NCBI GenBank assembly: GCA_043814055.1
Contig: JBDRKL010000004.1
Span: forward strand, 64,001 to 128,000
Length of the DNA stretch: 64,000 nt
Direction: 5' to 3'
Source of the DNA: an archaeon
GTDB taxonomy: Archaea > Undinarchaeota > Undinarchaeia > Undinarchaeales > JBDRKL01
Shown here: one piece after another, positions 10,043 through 18,764 of the stretch
Position numbering within the stretch: position 1 is the first letter of the stretch
Layout of the letters: the number at the start of each line of letters is the position of its first letter
The notes under the pieces: model-generated
What the model was told of the DNA's origin: nothing
The model's input: the letters and a program-made list of their open reading frames with translations, nothing else
The model's database searches: none
Translations under genes and position numbers: made by a program

Positions 10043-10360
10043 ATGGCAAGATGCTCATTCTGCGGAGATGATGTTGAACTCGGAACCGGGAAGATGTTCG
10101 TCAAGAAAGACGGCGCTGTCCTGCACTTTTGTTCAATGAAATGCGAAAAGAATATGCTAAAGCTCAAGCGCAATCCAATCAAGACGCCGTGGACGTATGC
10201 TTACAAGAAATTCAAGGGCAAGCTCAAGGTCGGCGAGGAAAAGGTCATGACCGAGGAAAAAGTCAAGTCAGGCCCGACGCCGAAGATGGTTGACGGCGGC
10301 GACGCTTCAAAGGAAGAAAAAAAACCAGCCAAGGAAGCTCCAAAAGAGGGGAAAAAGTAA
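10043..10360 (+). CDS. rpl24e: Ribosomal protein L24e
   Basis: CSFCG...[11 protein letters not shown]...FCSMKCEKN. Confidence 0.96.
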   Translation: MARCSFCGDDVELGTGKMFVKKDGAVLHFCSMKCEKNMLKLKRNPIKTPWTYAYKKFKGKLKVGEEKVMTEEKVKSGPTPKMVDGGDASKEEKKPAKEAPKEGKK

Positions 10361-10393
10361 AATGAGACGCAAACTGCTCTCGCAGTTCGCGTT

Positions 10394-10431
10394 CATCTCA
10401 AGGCTGAGTATATGGAGGAAACTTTGAAATG
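10394..10431 (+). promoter_or_regulatory. Start-codon-sequestering hairpin, copy 2 (ndk)
   Basis: CATCTCAAGG-N18-CTTTGAAATG; same length and sequence pattern as 9739-9776. Confidence 0.5.
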
Positions 10432-10851
10432 GAAAAAACTTTCTCAATGATTAAGCCCGACGCTGTTGGGAAAAATCTTATTGGTGAAATTATAAAGCGC
10501 TACGAGTCAGCAGGCTTGCAAATCTGCGCTGCAAAGCTAATCAACCTACCAGAGGTACAGGTCCGCGAGCTCTACAAGGAGCACGAGGGCAAGGAGTTCT
10601 ACGAGGGCTTGGTTGAGTTCGCTCTCTCAGGACCTGTTGTTGTTATGGTCGTGTCAGGCGAGAACGCGGTTGCAAAGCTGCGCAAGGTAATCGGCGCAAC
10701 TAACCCAAAGAACGCAGAACCTGGCACAATACGAGGGGACCTTGCGAAAGAACAGGAGCTTCCGGCGAACATGGTGCACGCATCGGACTCACCTGAGAGC
10801 GCGGAAAGGGAGATTGCGATATTTTTTAACGAAGACGAGATTGTAAAATAG
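10429..10851 (+). CDS. ndk: Nucleoside diphosphate kinase
   Basis: IKPDA, PGTIRGD and NMVHASDS (catalytic His); conserved rpl7ae-rps28e-rpl24e-ndk order. Confidence 0.97.
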   Translation: MEKTFSMIKPDAVGKNLIGEIIKRYESAGLQICAAKLINLPEVQVRELYKEHEGKEFYEGLVEFALSGPVVVMVVSGENAVAKLRKVIGATNPKNAEPGTIRGDLAKEQELPANMVHASDSPESAEREIAIFFNEDEIVK

Positions 10852-11033
10852 TTCTGTGGGATTATTTGACTGAAGGCCATCAATTTGATTAGTGTTTTTG
10901 CAGCTCAGCATCTCGCTTTCTCTTTTCTCTCAGAGCTGTTACACCTTTATAACAACTAAATTACTTATCCGTAACATTTATATAGCACTAAAATAACAGA
11001 ACAGTTACATTTATATATGAGGTAATGTAACAA

Positions 11034-11282
11034 ATGAATAACAAAACCGAGGACAATGCAGTGACCAACGACGCCGACGCGCCAGTGACCGCAGACCTCG
11101 TTGGGCGAATCGCCGAGTACATTAAAAAAAATGAACACGGGGTTTCAATCCAACAAGTCGCAAAAGAATTTGAAATGTCGCGGTATCAAACGAACTATTA
11201 CCTCGGAATGCTGATAGGACTCGGAAAAGTTGGCGTCAAACAAATTGGACCTGTAAAGGTTCATTACTATAAAAGGAGGTGA
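11034..11282 (+). CDS. Small winged-helix DNA-binding protein
   Basis: SIQQVAKEFEMSRYQTNYYLGML..GKV...IGPVKVHY wHTH pattern; GAGGT SD. Confidence 0.7.
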   Translation: MNNKTEDNAVTNDADAPVTADLVGRIAEYIKKNEHGVSIQQVAKEFEMSRYQTNYYLGMLIGLGKVGVKQIGPVKVHYYKRR

Positions 11283-11285
11283 AAT

Positions 11286-11945
11286 ATGGCAGGATACGTG
11301 GTTGGTCCCTTGTACATAGCGTTTGCGTCAGTCTGGGGCGCCTTTGCAGCATCCCTTCCAGGAATCATAGCAGCTACAATTTTGTTGATAGTGGGTTTCA
11401 TTATCGGTAAGATTGTCGGCGCGGCAGTGAAGGAAGTGTTGCTCAAGGCAAACATAGACAGGCACATTGAGCTGAAGAGGGAAGAACTTAAGCTCAGCAA
11501 CTTCTTCTCAGAGCTAGTTAAGTGGATAATATATCTGTTGTTCATACAGCAGGCAGCATTATCCATGGGTATTATGGCAGTAGCCGCAGCATTCGGTGCG
11601 CTTCTAGCGTTCCTCCCGAGCGTTGTTGAAGCAGTCATCGTTGTAGCAGTCGGTTATGTCTTGGCTCGCTACATAGAAGACGTTGTCTTTGATTCCAGAG
11701 TATCATACTCCGGACTCATGAGTAAAGTGTTCTTCTTCTTCGTAGTGTACGTGTCGATCTCAATTGCGTTACCACTCGTTGGCATCGGTGGAGCACTCCT
11801 CCAGAACATACTGTTAATAATAGTCGGTTCTGTTGGTCTTGGCTTCGCTATTGCAATGGGTCTCGGACTGAAGGATATGTTCGAGGACATTTCAGACGTA
11901 GCTGGTCGCAACCTGATTCGACAGATGAAGAAGCCAAAAAAATAA
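11286..11945 (+). CDS. Membrane protein with MscS-associated TM-helix repeats
   Basis: LPGIIAATILLIVG / LPSVVEAVIVVAVG repeats; AIAMGLGLKD; GGAGGTGA SD. Confidence 0.75.
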   Translation: MAGYVVGPLYIAFASVWGAFAASLPGIIAATILLIVGFIIGKIVGAAVKEVLLKANIDRHIELKREELKLSNFFSELVKWIIYLLFIQQAALSMGIMAVAAAFGALLAFLPSVVEAVIVVAVGYVLARYIEDVVFDSRVSYSGLMSKVFFFFVVYVSISIALPLVGIGGALLQNILLIIVGSVGLGFAIAMGLGLKDMFEDISDVAGRNLIRQMKKPKK

Positions 11946-11957
11946 GCCAATACCTTC

Positions 11958-12151
11958 CAAAAAATTTGCTTGCAGGGCGGCATCAGAACTTCTTGTTCTA
12001 AATGCCATTCTCCCACCTCCCCAAGCTGTTCTGCAAGCACCTTTTTATTTTTGGAATGTTGGCTCTCTCAAAAAATTTGCTTGCAGGGCGGCATCAGAAC
12101 TTCTTGTTCTAAATGCCATTCTCCCACCTCCCCAAGCTGTTCTGCAAGCAC
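11958..12151. repeat. Tandem exact 83-bp structured repeat (2 copies, period 111)
   Basis: 11958-12040 is identical to 12069-12151; each can fold into a 15-bp stem with G-U pairs on the + strand. Confidence 0.95.
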
Positions 12152-12165
12152 TCAATTTTAAAAAT

Positions 12166-12546
12166 TCACCGCAATTCTATGTCTGATTCCCGCCCGAAGA
12201 CCGACGGCAAACTGATTATGTAGGAACCGCTCTTTGAAAGAACCACTATTGGACGTCCCTTCATCAGCGCGTCAATATTAATTTCGTAAACGCCAATGTC
12301 TTTGATCTTTATGGTCTCAATTCCAAACCTCTTCTTAGGTTTCTTTGCAGGCGCAGTTTCCTCAATTTTTGCCTCCTGCTCAATCTCCTGAATCTTTGAC
12401 TCAAGTTCATCTCGGATAATTTCAATGCGCTCAATGTCGTCATCCTGCTTGATAAAAAGAAACATTCTGCTGCCGCACGTACAGCCGTTCAGGATTGGAA
12501 CTGCGTCATCTTCATATGTTGCCTTGCATTTCAAACACTGGTGCAT
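12166..12546 (-). CDS. oapC: Zn-ribbon protein, OapC/ArvC (DUF2072) family
   Basis: HQCLKC...ILNGCTCGSRMF...IETIKI..G.YEINI; operon context. Confidence 0.8.
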   Translation of the reverse strand: MHQCLKCKATYEDDAVPILNGCTCGSRMFLFIKQDDDIERIEIIRDELESKIQEIEQEAKIEETAPAKKPKKRFGIETIKIKDIGVYEINIDALMKGRPIVVLSKSGSYIISLPSVFGRESDIELR

Positions 12547-12572
12547 TTTATTTCACTTCCATCACCATAGAA

Positions 12573-13025
12573 TCAAACCTCTGCGGAAACCTGGAATGAA
12601 TCTGGGTCTCTTTTTATCTTGCGTATCACGCTTGAAGGCCCTACCAGGGTCAATCCAGGGATCCTTGCGTTCTTTCTTGTTACAAAACCCACAACTTTTG
12701 ATATGGTGGCGTAAACAGGATTCTCTCTCTTCGGCAGGCTGCAGAACTCTATGCCGGCGAACTCTGTGTCTATGCTCTCCATTGTCCGCGCAACCAGCCG
12801 CGCCTCATCGTTCGGGTCAAGCGCTTCATCCAGTATCACGATGTGCCCGCCTTTAACATAGTCAAGAACGTTCAACAGCTTCTCTTCCACAGTATGCCCT
12901 TCCACTTTTTCCATTGACAGGAAGTCCATCTCCAGACTCTTTGACCTGCGGGCTGGGCTAGAAGCCTTCTTCTTGGGCTTGATTTTTTTCTGTGCCTTTT
13001 TCTTTGGTTTTGCTTTTTTTGCCAT
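12573..13025 (-). CDS. oapB: OapB/ArvB (DUF2073) family protein with Lys-rich N-terminus
   Basis: ILDEALDPNDEARLVARTMESI..F.GIE...GLTLVGP; start placed at MAKKAK. Confidence 0.8.
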   Translation of the reverse strand: MAKKAKPKKKAQKKIKPKKKASSPARRSKSLEMDFLSMEKVEGHTVEEKLLNVLDYVKGGHIVILDEALDPNDEARLVARTMESIDTEFAGIEFCSLPKRENPVYATISKVVGFVTRKNARIPGLTLVGPSSVIRKIKRDPDSFQVSAEV

Positions 13026-13032
13026 TTTTGTA

Positions 13033-13887
13033 TCACATTGAATGGTCTGATATTGCCTTGTATAACTCATTCAGGTTGTTCCCCTTCAGGGCGGATATTG
13101 AAACAACCGGGTGCTGCGGGAACGCGTTCCTTATCGAGTCCGTGTCTGACTTTTGAAGGTCATTCTTGTTTGCAACAATGATTATTGGGATGTTCTTTGC
13201 CTCCAAGTTTCCAATCAGCATTATATTTACCTGCGTGAGCGGATCCTTGGTTGAGTCCATCATCACGAGAACCGAGTCCACCTTGTCCAGCCACTTTATG
13301 GCTTCAACAACGCCCTTTGTTGCTTCTTCTGCTATTGTTTTTGCTTCTTCTTTTGTGTATTTCCTGCTCGCTGAGTTCTTCTTCTTCTTTTTCTTTATGT
13401 CAAGCTCCTTGCAGAGTTCTGCGAGCTCGTTTTCCTTGATGTTTTCCTTAACTTTCTTTAATATCGTGGTTTTCTTCGTGCTTTTTGTGAATTCAATATC
13501 TTTTTCCTTTGCAATTTTCTTGAGATTTGCTAGTGTCAAATCACTCCACTTTGGCGTGTCTGAAATCCCTGAGGCGCTTTTCTTGTACTTCAGGAAATCC
13601 CTGTAGTCAATCTGCGTCGCGAGCCCCGGCATGTCCAAAAGATTCATAACTAGTTTCTTGTTGCCAGCGCGTATCTCAACGTGCTCAACCTTCTGAATTA
13701 TTCGCGTGGTGTGCGGCATCTCTGAAACTTCGCCAACGGACTTTCCAAGCCAGTCCATGGAAATCTTGTTTGCCAGAGAAGTCTTGCCCGTGTTCGGCTC
13801 GCCATATATGCCCAGCCTCACGGTTTTCTTGCTGCCAAACAAACTGCTAAATAGCTTCCTGATGCGATGTACTATTCTCTTAACCAT
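13033..13887 (-). CDS. oapA: Era-like GTPase OapA/ArvA with internal basic helical insertion
   Basis: GEPNTGKT, DMPG, NKND and SAL G-motifs; EATKGVVEAIKWLD...DPLTQVN. Confidence 0.85.
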   Translation of the reverse strand: MVKRIVHRIRKLFSSLFGSKKTVRLGIYGEPNTGKTSLANKISMDWLGKSVGEVSEMPHTTRIIQKVEHVEIRAGNKKLVMNLLDMPGLATQIDYRDFLKYKKSASGISDTPKWSDLTLANLKKIAKEKDIEFTKSTKKTTILKKVKENIKENELAELCKELDIKKKKKKNSASRKYTKEEAKTIAEEATKGVVEAIKWLDKVDSVLVMMDSTKDPLTQVNIMLIGNLEAKNIPIIIVANKNDLQKSDTDSIRNAFPQHPVVSISALKGNNLNELYKAISDHSM

Positions 13888-13931
13888 TGCTCCCGCGCAG
13901 GTATAAGAATTATGTCTATTTAAACTATTTC

Positions 13932-14510
13932 CTAAACCAGCCCTGCCAGCATCATCACGTAGAATATAACCGCAATCACAAGTCCTGCAAGCAGCATAAT
14001 CACGCCGTGCTTAAGCACAGGCTCCTGGGAAATCTTGCCGGTAAACACGCCGAGCAGGAAGAGTATAATCGCGACTATTGCAATTGAGGTGTAGTAGGCA
14101 TAGGCAATGCTAAGCATGTCAGTGTACACAAAAAAGAATGGTGATATTATCAAAAACGCAACGAGCATCGGGCTTACCCCGTCAACAATCGCGATTATTA
14201 TTGCCATTGTCTCCTTCTTCCTAACCATAATGGTGTTATGGAGCTTTCTAAGCATGTGCTTCTCCATCTCCTTCCTTGAGCGGGTGAGCTCGGCTTTTTC
14301 CGCGGCGTACGCGCCCCACATTCCTGAAATGCACATCGCGATTCCGGCGCCGACACTCGGTAGAATAATATAGTGCGGATCTGTAACTCCAGCGAAGAAG
14401 CTCACCAGCACAATGCCCAGAATCGTCAGTCCGCCGTCAAACGAGTTCATCACGACGTAGCGCCGTATAATGTCATTCTTTGCTATTTTCTTCAGAAATT
14501 TAAGGAGCAT
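13932..14510 (-). CDS. VIT1/CCC1-like membrane protein
   Basis: NSFDGGLT..G and SGMWGAY.AEKAE motifs; about 5 TM helices. Confidence 0.75.
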   Translation of the reverse strand: MLLKFLKKIAKNDIIRRYVVMNSFDGGLTILGIVLVSFFAGVTDPHYIILPSVGAGIAMCISGMWGAYAAEKAELTRSRKEMEKHMLRKLHNTIMVRKKETMAIIIAIVDGVSPMLVAFLIISPFFFVYTDMLSIAYAYYTSIAIVAIILFLLGVFTGKISQEPVLKHGVIMLLAGLVIAVIFYVMMLAGLV

Positions 14511-14511
14511 T

Positions 14512-14829
14512 TCAATATTTGTCGTCTGCCAACTTTGGCACTGGAACGATTTCCTTCTTGCCGGTAACTACCTTGTCTATGCTGTGTATCACGCCGCCGT
14601 GCTCTTCTATAAGCCCCTTTATCGCACCAAAGTTTATGTCCTTGCCCTCTAGAACCATCTTTACTGACTCGGTTTTCTCGTCAATTTCGTCAACAGACAT
14701 GTTCACAATTTCAACAGTCGGATTCTTGCAGATTAGTTTGCTGAAATCAACTAGGTCCGGCTTGTGCGGCTTCAGAATGTCAAGTACAAGAATCCTCAGG
14801 GGTGATGTTGTTGATCCTTTTTTTGCCAT
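14512..14829 (-). CDS. DUF211 family protein
   Basis: LVLDILKPHKP...IEEHGGVIHSIDKVV.G. Confidence 0.85.
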   Translation of the reverse strand: MAKKGSTTSPLRILVLDILKPHKPDLVDFSKLICKNPTVEIVNMSVDEIDEKTESVKMVLEGKDINFGAIKGLIEEHGGVIHSIDKVVTGKKEIVPVPKLADDKY

Positions 14830-14855
14830 AGCTATGCCTTAATGAATCGTGTTAT

Positions 14856-16088
14856 TTATACCTTACTCCACTTACCCAGCGCAGTATCCAGCTCAATATG
14901 ATTCTTCGCGTATTCCTTGAGAGTTTTTCCCTTCGCAACTGCCTCAACTGCCTGCCGCATTGCTCTCGCTCCTGTGAGCGTGCCGCCTGGGTGCCCGTGT
15001 ATACCTCCGCCGGCTTGTATTACAATGTCCTTGCCAAAATTCTTCACAAGCGGTTCAACATGCCCTGGATGTATCCCTCCGGAGCAAACTGAGAAAACAG
15101 ATTTAATTCCAGCAAGCTGCTCATACATTGCGTCGTGAATCTCCTTAATCTCCTTGACCGGCCCTTCCATCTTCCCAACCGCAGTTCCGATGTGTAATTG
15201 GTCAACTCCAGAAAGTCGCGCAAGTTTTGCCAGGACAAGCATGCTTATCCCGTGTCGCCTGTTCCTTGTAATTGCTGCGTGCATTGCCCTGTGCGCGTGT
15301 ATCGGCATTCCAAAGTTTATGTTGCGAATCTCCTGCGTGGCTGCATACCCTGCAGTGAGAATGTCAATCATAATGCAGTTCCCGCCGTGGTCCTTCACGA
15401 ACTGCGCCCTTTCCGCCATGTTCACTCCTGTGATGTTTGCGCAGTAAATCTTCTTCTCGCCGGTTTCACTTCGCGCAAGGTCCATTGCCGCAAGCACTTT
15501 GATAACCCTGTCTTCAAACGGGCAGAACTTCTGAGAAGTCAGGTTCTCGTCGTCTTTTACCAAGTCAAGCCCGCCAGCCCACGCGTGGTACGCAACCGAA
15601 GCAGTCTCTTCCGGGTTTAATCCAACCTTTGGCTTCACTATTGTGCCGCAATGAGGCCTCCTACTCTTTGAAGTTCCAATAATTTTCCTAACTCCCTCCA
15701 TTCCAAACTGCGGGCCCTTGAAAGTTTTCAAGTAGCTCTTTGGAAATGTCAAATCATTCAGGCGCAAATTCTTGACGATTTTCATTCCAAAAATATTCCC
15801 TGCGACGTCGCTGAGCAGCTGCGGAATATTGCCATCCTCAAAAATGTCAACAGGATACGCGACCTTAACCTGATTGCCGCGCAGTTTGTAAACCTTTGCC
15901 GCTAGCCTGTCAATGCGCCTCTTAGTTGTGGTAACCTTGGTCCAAGTTCCAGTTGAGCTCTCGGCGGCAAGTCCGGCAGCGCAGGCTTTCTCAGCCCCGC
16001 ACTCCATGTAAAAATCAGCAAGAACATACTTGTCCGGGTCTGGGTTGAATTTCAGGTCTAAATATTTGTCCTGGTTCGCGTATTTCAT
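14856..16088 (-). CDS. rbcL: Form III RuBisCO large subunit
   Basis: AAESSTGTW, IVKPKVGL, GLDLVKDDE (carbamylated Lys), HAHRAMH, GKMEG, SGG and GGGIHGHP all present; no small subunit nearby. Confidence 0.93.
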   Translation of the reverse strand: MKYANQDKYLDLKFNPDPDKYVLADFYMECGAEKACAAGLAAESSTGTWTKVTTTKRRIDRLAAKVYKLRGNQVKVAYPVDIFEDGNIPQLLSDVAGNIFGMKIVKNLRLNDLTFPKSYLKTFKGPQFGMEGVRKIIGTSKSRRPHCGTIVKPKVGLNPEETASVAYHAWAGGLDLVKDDENLTSQKFCPFEDRVIKVLAAMDLARSETGEKKIYCANITGVNMAERAQFVKDHGGNCIMIDILTAGYAATQEIRNINFGMPIHAHRAMHAAITRNRRHGISMLVLAKLARLSGVDQLHIGTAVGKMEGPVKEIKEIHDAMYEQLAGIKSVFSVCSGGIHPGHVEPLVKNFGKDIVIQAGGGIHGHPGGTLTGARAMRQAVEAVAKGKTLKEYAKNHIELDTALGKWSKV

Positions 16089-16130
16089 TATGAGAAAGAC
16101 TAAATAAGCGAACTTAATAAACCTTATGAT

Positions 16131-16964
16131 ATGGACAAACTTTACTTTGGTACAGCAGGCATTCCCTTGAGCACAAAGGGCAAAGGAACTCCTGCAGGCA
16201 TTCGCCGCGTCAAGGAGCTCGGTCTCGGCGCAATGGAGCTAGAGTTCGTGCGCGGGGTTCATATGAAAGAGCCAACAGCAGAGGAAGTGGACAAAGTGAG
16301 AAAAGAAACCGGCATCAAGCTCACGTGCCACGCGCCTTATTATGTTAACTTAAATTCAGAAGAGAAAGCAAAAGTGGAGGCAAGCAAAAAAAGAATTTTT
16401 GAGTCAGCGCGGATTGCTAATATCTGCGGAGCAACTTCTGTTACGTTCCACGCAGCGTTCTATCAGAAACAAGACTCTGAGAAAGTTTACAAGAATGTTA
16501 AGAAAGAGCTTGAGGAAATAATTAAAACCCTGCGCAAGGATGGCAACGATATTGAAATCCGACCCGAGCTTACAGGGAAAGCAACGCAGTTCGGCAATCT
16601 TGACGAGCTCATCCGGCTCAGCCAGGATATTGAAGGCGTTCTGCCGTGCATTGATTTCGCGCACATGTTTGCGCGCACTGGGAAGTTCAACTCGTACGTT
16701 GAATTTATGTCAATGCTTGAAAAGATTGAGGTCAGCCTCGGCAAGAAAGCCCTGCAGAACATGCACTGCCACGTGTCAGGCATAGAATTCACTGAGAAAG
16801 GTGAGCGCAGGCACTTGGAAATGCCAGATTCTGACTTTCATTACTTAGATTTGGCAAAAGCGTTCAAGGACTCTGGGATGCGCGGCATAGTGATTTCAGA
16901 AAGTCCTAATATTGAATTAGATGCTTTGCTGATGAAAAAATTGTATGGTCAATCAGCTCGGTAG
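16131..16964 (+). CDS. nfo: Endonuclease IV (AP endonuclease family 2)
   Basis: HAPYYVNL, FHA, RPE, IDFAH and HCHVSG metal ligands. Confidence 0.88.
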   Translation: MDKLYFGTAGIPLSTKGKGTPAGIRRVKELGLGAMELEFVRGVHMKEPTAEEVDKVRKETGIKLTCHAPYYVNLNSEEKAKVEASKKRIFESARIANICGATSVTFHAAFYQKQDSEKVYKNVKKELEEIIKTLRKDGNDIEIRPELTGKATQFGNLDELIRLSQDIEGVLPCIDFAHMFARTGKFNSYVEFMSMLEKIEVSLGKKALQNMHCHVSGIEFTEKGERRHLEMPDSDFHYLDLAKAFKDSGMRGIVISESPNIELDALLMKKLYGQSAR

Positions 16965-17072
16965 TCCCGCAATGAATCGCCAGAAAATGTAAAAATAATA
17001 TTGCTGACGTTTCATTGCGCCCGCAGCATCATCAAAGTAATGCGGACAGCCATCCTCCGCGACCAGGCGGAG
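16947..17072. mobile_element. Modular palindromic element (family A) at the nfo 3' end
   Basis: GGTAG-hairpin plus core CTCCGC-GACCAG-GCGGAG (17055-17072); flanked by a 17-nt direct repeat, 16930-16946 vs 17073-17089 (1 mismatch). Confidence 0.75.
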
Positions 17073-17090
17073 TGATGAAGAAATTGTATT

Positions 17091-17741
17091 CTATCTAACC
17101 ACTACGTTTCTAGCTACGTGGTAGACCTTGAGTAAAATAGTTATTATTATTCCTGCCAGAGCAATCCAGAGCGCTGTTGTGTAGCTTGTGATTGATATTG
17201 CAGCCAGAGTCAGGTAAGTTACCATAAGCAAGCCAATTATGGAGCCGATTATCACCGCGGCAAATACTCTGCCCTTGTCAAGTCCGATTGCCCTGCCGAG
17301 CAACGATGCCATTACAGCGCCTGTGCCCTGAAATGGTATTATCATCCAAAGCGTACAGCCAGCGAACGACATTCTTTCAACCCATTTATGGATGCCGATT
17401 ATTCTCTTGGTCTGCGTTGTTATCCATCTCGCGTATTTCCCAACTATTTTTGAGTGCTTAAAAAAGTCCAGGCTTGTGTAAAACCCGAGCCCCACAAAGA
17501 AGTCAATCATGAAAAACGAACTCACAACCACTATCGGGCTGAGTCCCATGTATATCCCAAGCGGTATGGCGGACTCCTTGCCAATCGGCGGCAGGAAGTA
17601 AATCGCCATTAGAAAACCAATTTGGCTGAAGCCAATCTCGTCCAGTGAATAATACAGCAGAAAAACCCAGGCAATCATCAGCAGGAAGGGCGTGTACAGC
17701 TTGACGAAAGTGTTAAGGTCTTCTGGACGCGTGAATCTCAT
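17091..17741 (-). CDS. Small multidrug-export-like membrane protein
   Basis: PPIGKESAIPLG and IPFQGTG motifs; multiple TM helices. Confidence 0.75.
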   Translation of the reverse strand: MRFTRPEDLNTFVKLYTPFLLMIAWVFLLYYSLDEIGFSQIGFLMAIYFLPPIGKESAIPLGIYMGLSPIVVVSSFFMIDFFVGLGFYTSLDFFKHSKIVGKYARWITTQTKRIIGIHKWVERMSFAGCTLWMIIPFQGTGAVMASLLGRAIGLDKGRVFAAVIIGSIIGLLMVTYLTLAAISITSYTTALWIALAGIIITILLKVYHVARNVVVR

Positions 17742-17792
17742 ATAATTCCCTAAGTGCAGAACATTTAAAGCTTTTCTTTCCTAATATAAATT

Positions 17793-18203
17793 ATGCCTTT
17801 TGAATATATTGAGCACGAGGCGGACATTGGAATTAAAGGAACGGGCAAGACAGTGGAAGAGGCCTTTGCAGAGGGAGCCAGGGCAATGTTCGGTATTATG
17901 GTTGATTTGGAAAAAGTTGACCCTGTCAAAAGAATTGAGGTTGAATGCGAAGCTGAAAACATCGGGTCTCTTTTTGTTGAATTTCTTAATGCCCTGCTCG
18001 CTCAAGTCAACATTGCAGAAATGTTCTTTTCAAAGTTTGAAGTTAAGATTGACGGTACTCATCTGACTGCAACTGCGTGGGGTGAGCAGATTGACCAGGA
18101 GAAGCACCAGACCAAGATTGAAGTCAAGGCGGCGACTTTCTCTGGGTTGAAGTATGAAGAGAAAGATGGGGTTCACTCAATTCAGTGTGTGGTTGATGTG
18201 TAG
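17793..18203 (+). CDS. Archease
   Basis: FEYIEHEADIG...EVKAAT...VDV; upstream of rtcB. Confidence 0.93.
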   Translation: MPFEYIEHEADIGIKGTGKTVEEAFAEGARAMFGIMVDLEKVDPVKRIEVECEAENIGSLFVEFLNALLAQVNIAEMFFSKFEVKIDGTHLTATAWGEQIDQEKHQTKIEVKAATFSGLKYEEKDGVHSIQCVVDV

Positions 18204-18290
18204 AGTTAACCAAAGGCAATCAAATGGCTTGGTAAAGTCACAGCTTCATTTATTTCTTGTGGCTTGCTCTTCCTCCGCGAGCAGGCGGAG
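18204..18290. mobile_element. Modular palindromic element (family A) at the archease 3' end
   Basis: ACCAAAGGCA..TGGCTTGGTAA-hairpin-TGCTC-core CTCCGC-GAGCAG-GCGGAG (18273-18290); aligns along its length with 48880-48961. Confidence 0.8.
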
Positions 18291-18373
18291 AAGTCAAGGC
18301 GGCGACTTTCTCTGGGCTGAAATATGAGGAGAAGGACGGGGTGTATTCAGTAATTTGTGTTTTGGATGTATAA
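18290..18373 (+). pseudogene. Displaced second copy of the archease 3' end
   Basis: Encodes EVKAATFSGLKYEEKDGVYSVICVLDV* vs EVKAATFSGLKYEEKDGVHSIQCVVDV* at 18120-18203; first 27 nt identical. Confidence 0.92.
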
Positions 18374-18489
18374 TTTTTTTTATAACAATATATAAATACA
18401 TTCAAATTAACAATCGTTAAGTTCACAATTGTTAATACAGCGACTTTTTGAAGAGACATCCAGCGACTCTGGAACTGCTGAACTAGGAG

Positions 18490-18729
18490 GTGATACAATT
18501 GCTCAATGCATTTTTGCTGATAAACACGAAACCGGGAAGGGGGAGAGAGGTTGTTGAGAAATTGTTGGAACACGAGGAGTTTGAAGAGGTAAGGCAGGTC
18601 TACGGCGACTATGACATATTTGGCAAGGTGAGCATATCAAGCATGGATGAGCTGAACAAGTTCCTGCTTGAAACAATAAGGAACATGCCGGATGTTGAGC
18701 TCTCAAACACACTGGTGCAAATGGGCTAA
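18490..18729 (+). CDS. Stand-alone Lrp/AsnC ligand-binding (RAM) domain protein
   Basis: AFLLINTKPG...VYGDYDI. Confidence 0.85.
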   Translation: MIQLLNAFLLINTKPGRGREVVEKLLEHEEFEEVRQVYGDYDIFGKVSISSMDELNKFLLETIRNMPDVELSNTLVQMG

Positions 18730-18764
18730 AATACTTAAATAGCCGGGAGCAACAGAGCTGCGAC

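Noticed and set aside
10864-10892. Degenerate family-A module after ndk (ATTTGACTGAAGGC)
   Set aside because: Short match to 48995-49008 without the core or a target duplication; too weak to call
11958-12151. Fluoride riboswitch, or replication origin next to oapABC
   Set aside because: Only superficial GGAGA.TGGCATT similarity without the required pairing; no ORB-like repeats or cdc6/orc1 gene seen
14856-16088. Evidence for autotrophy (Calvin cycle)
   Set aside because: Form III enzyme without phosphoribulokinase or small subunit in view; usually serves nucleoside salvage in such archaea
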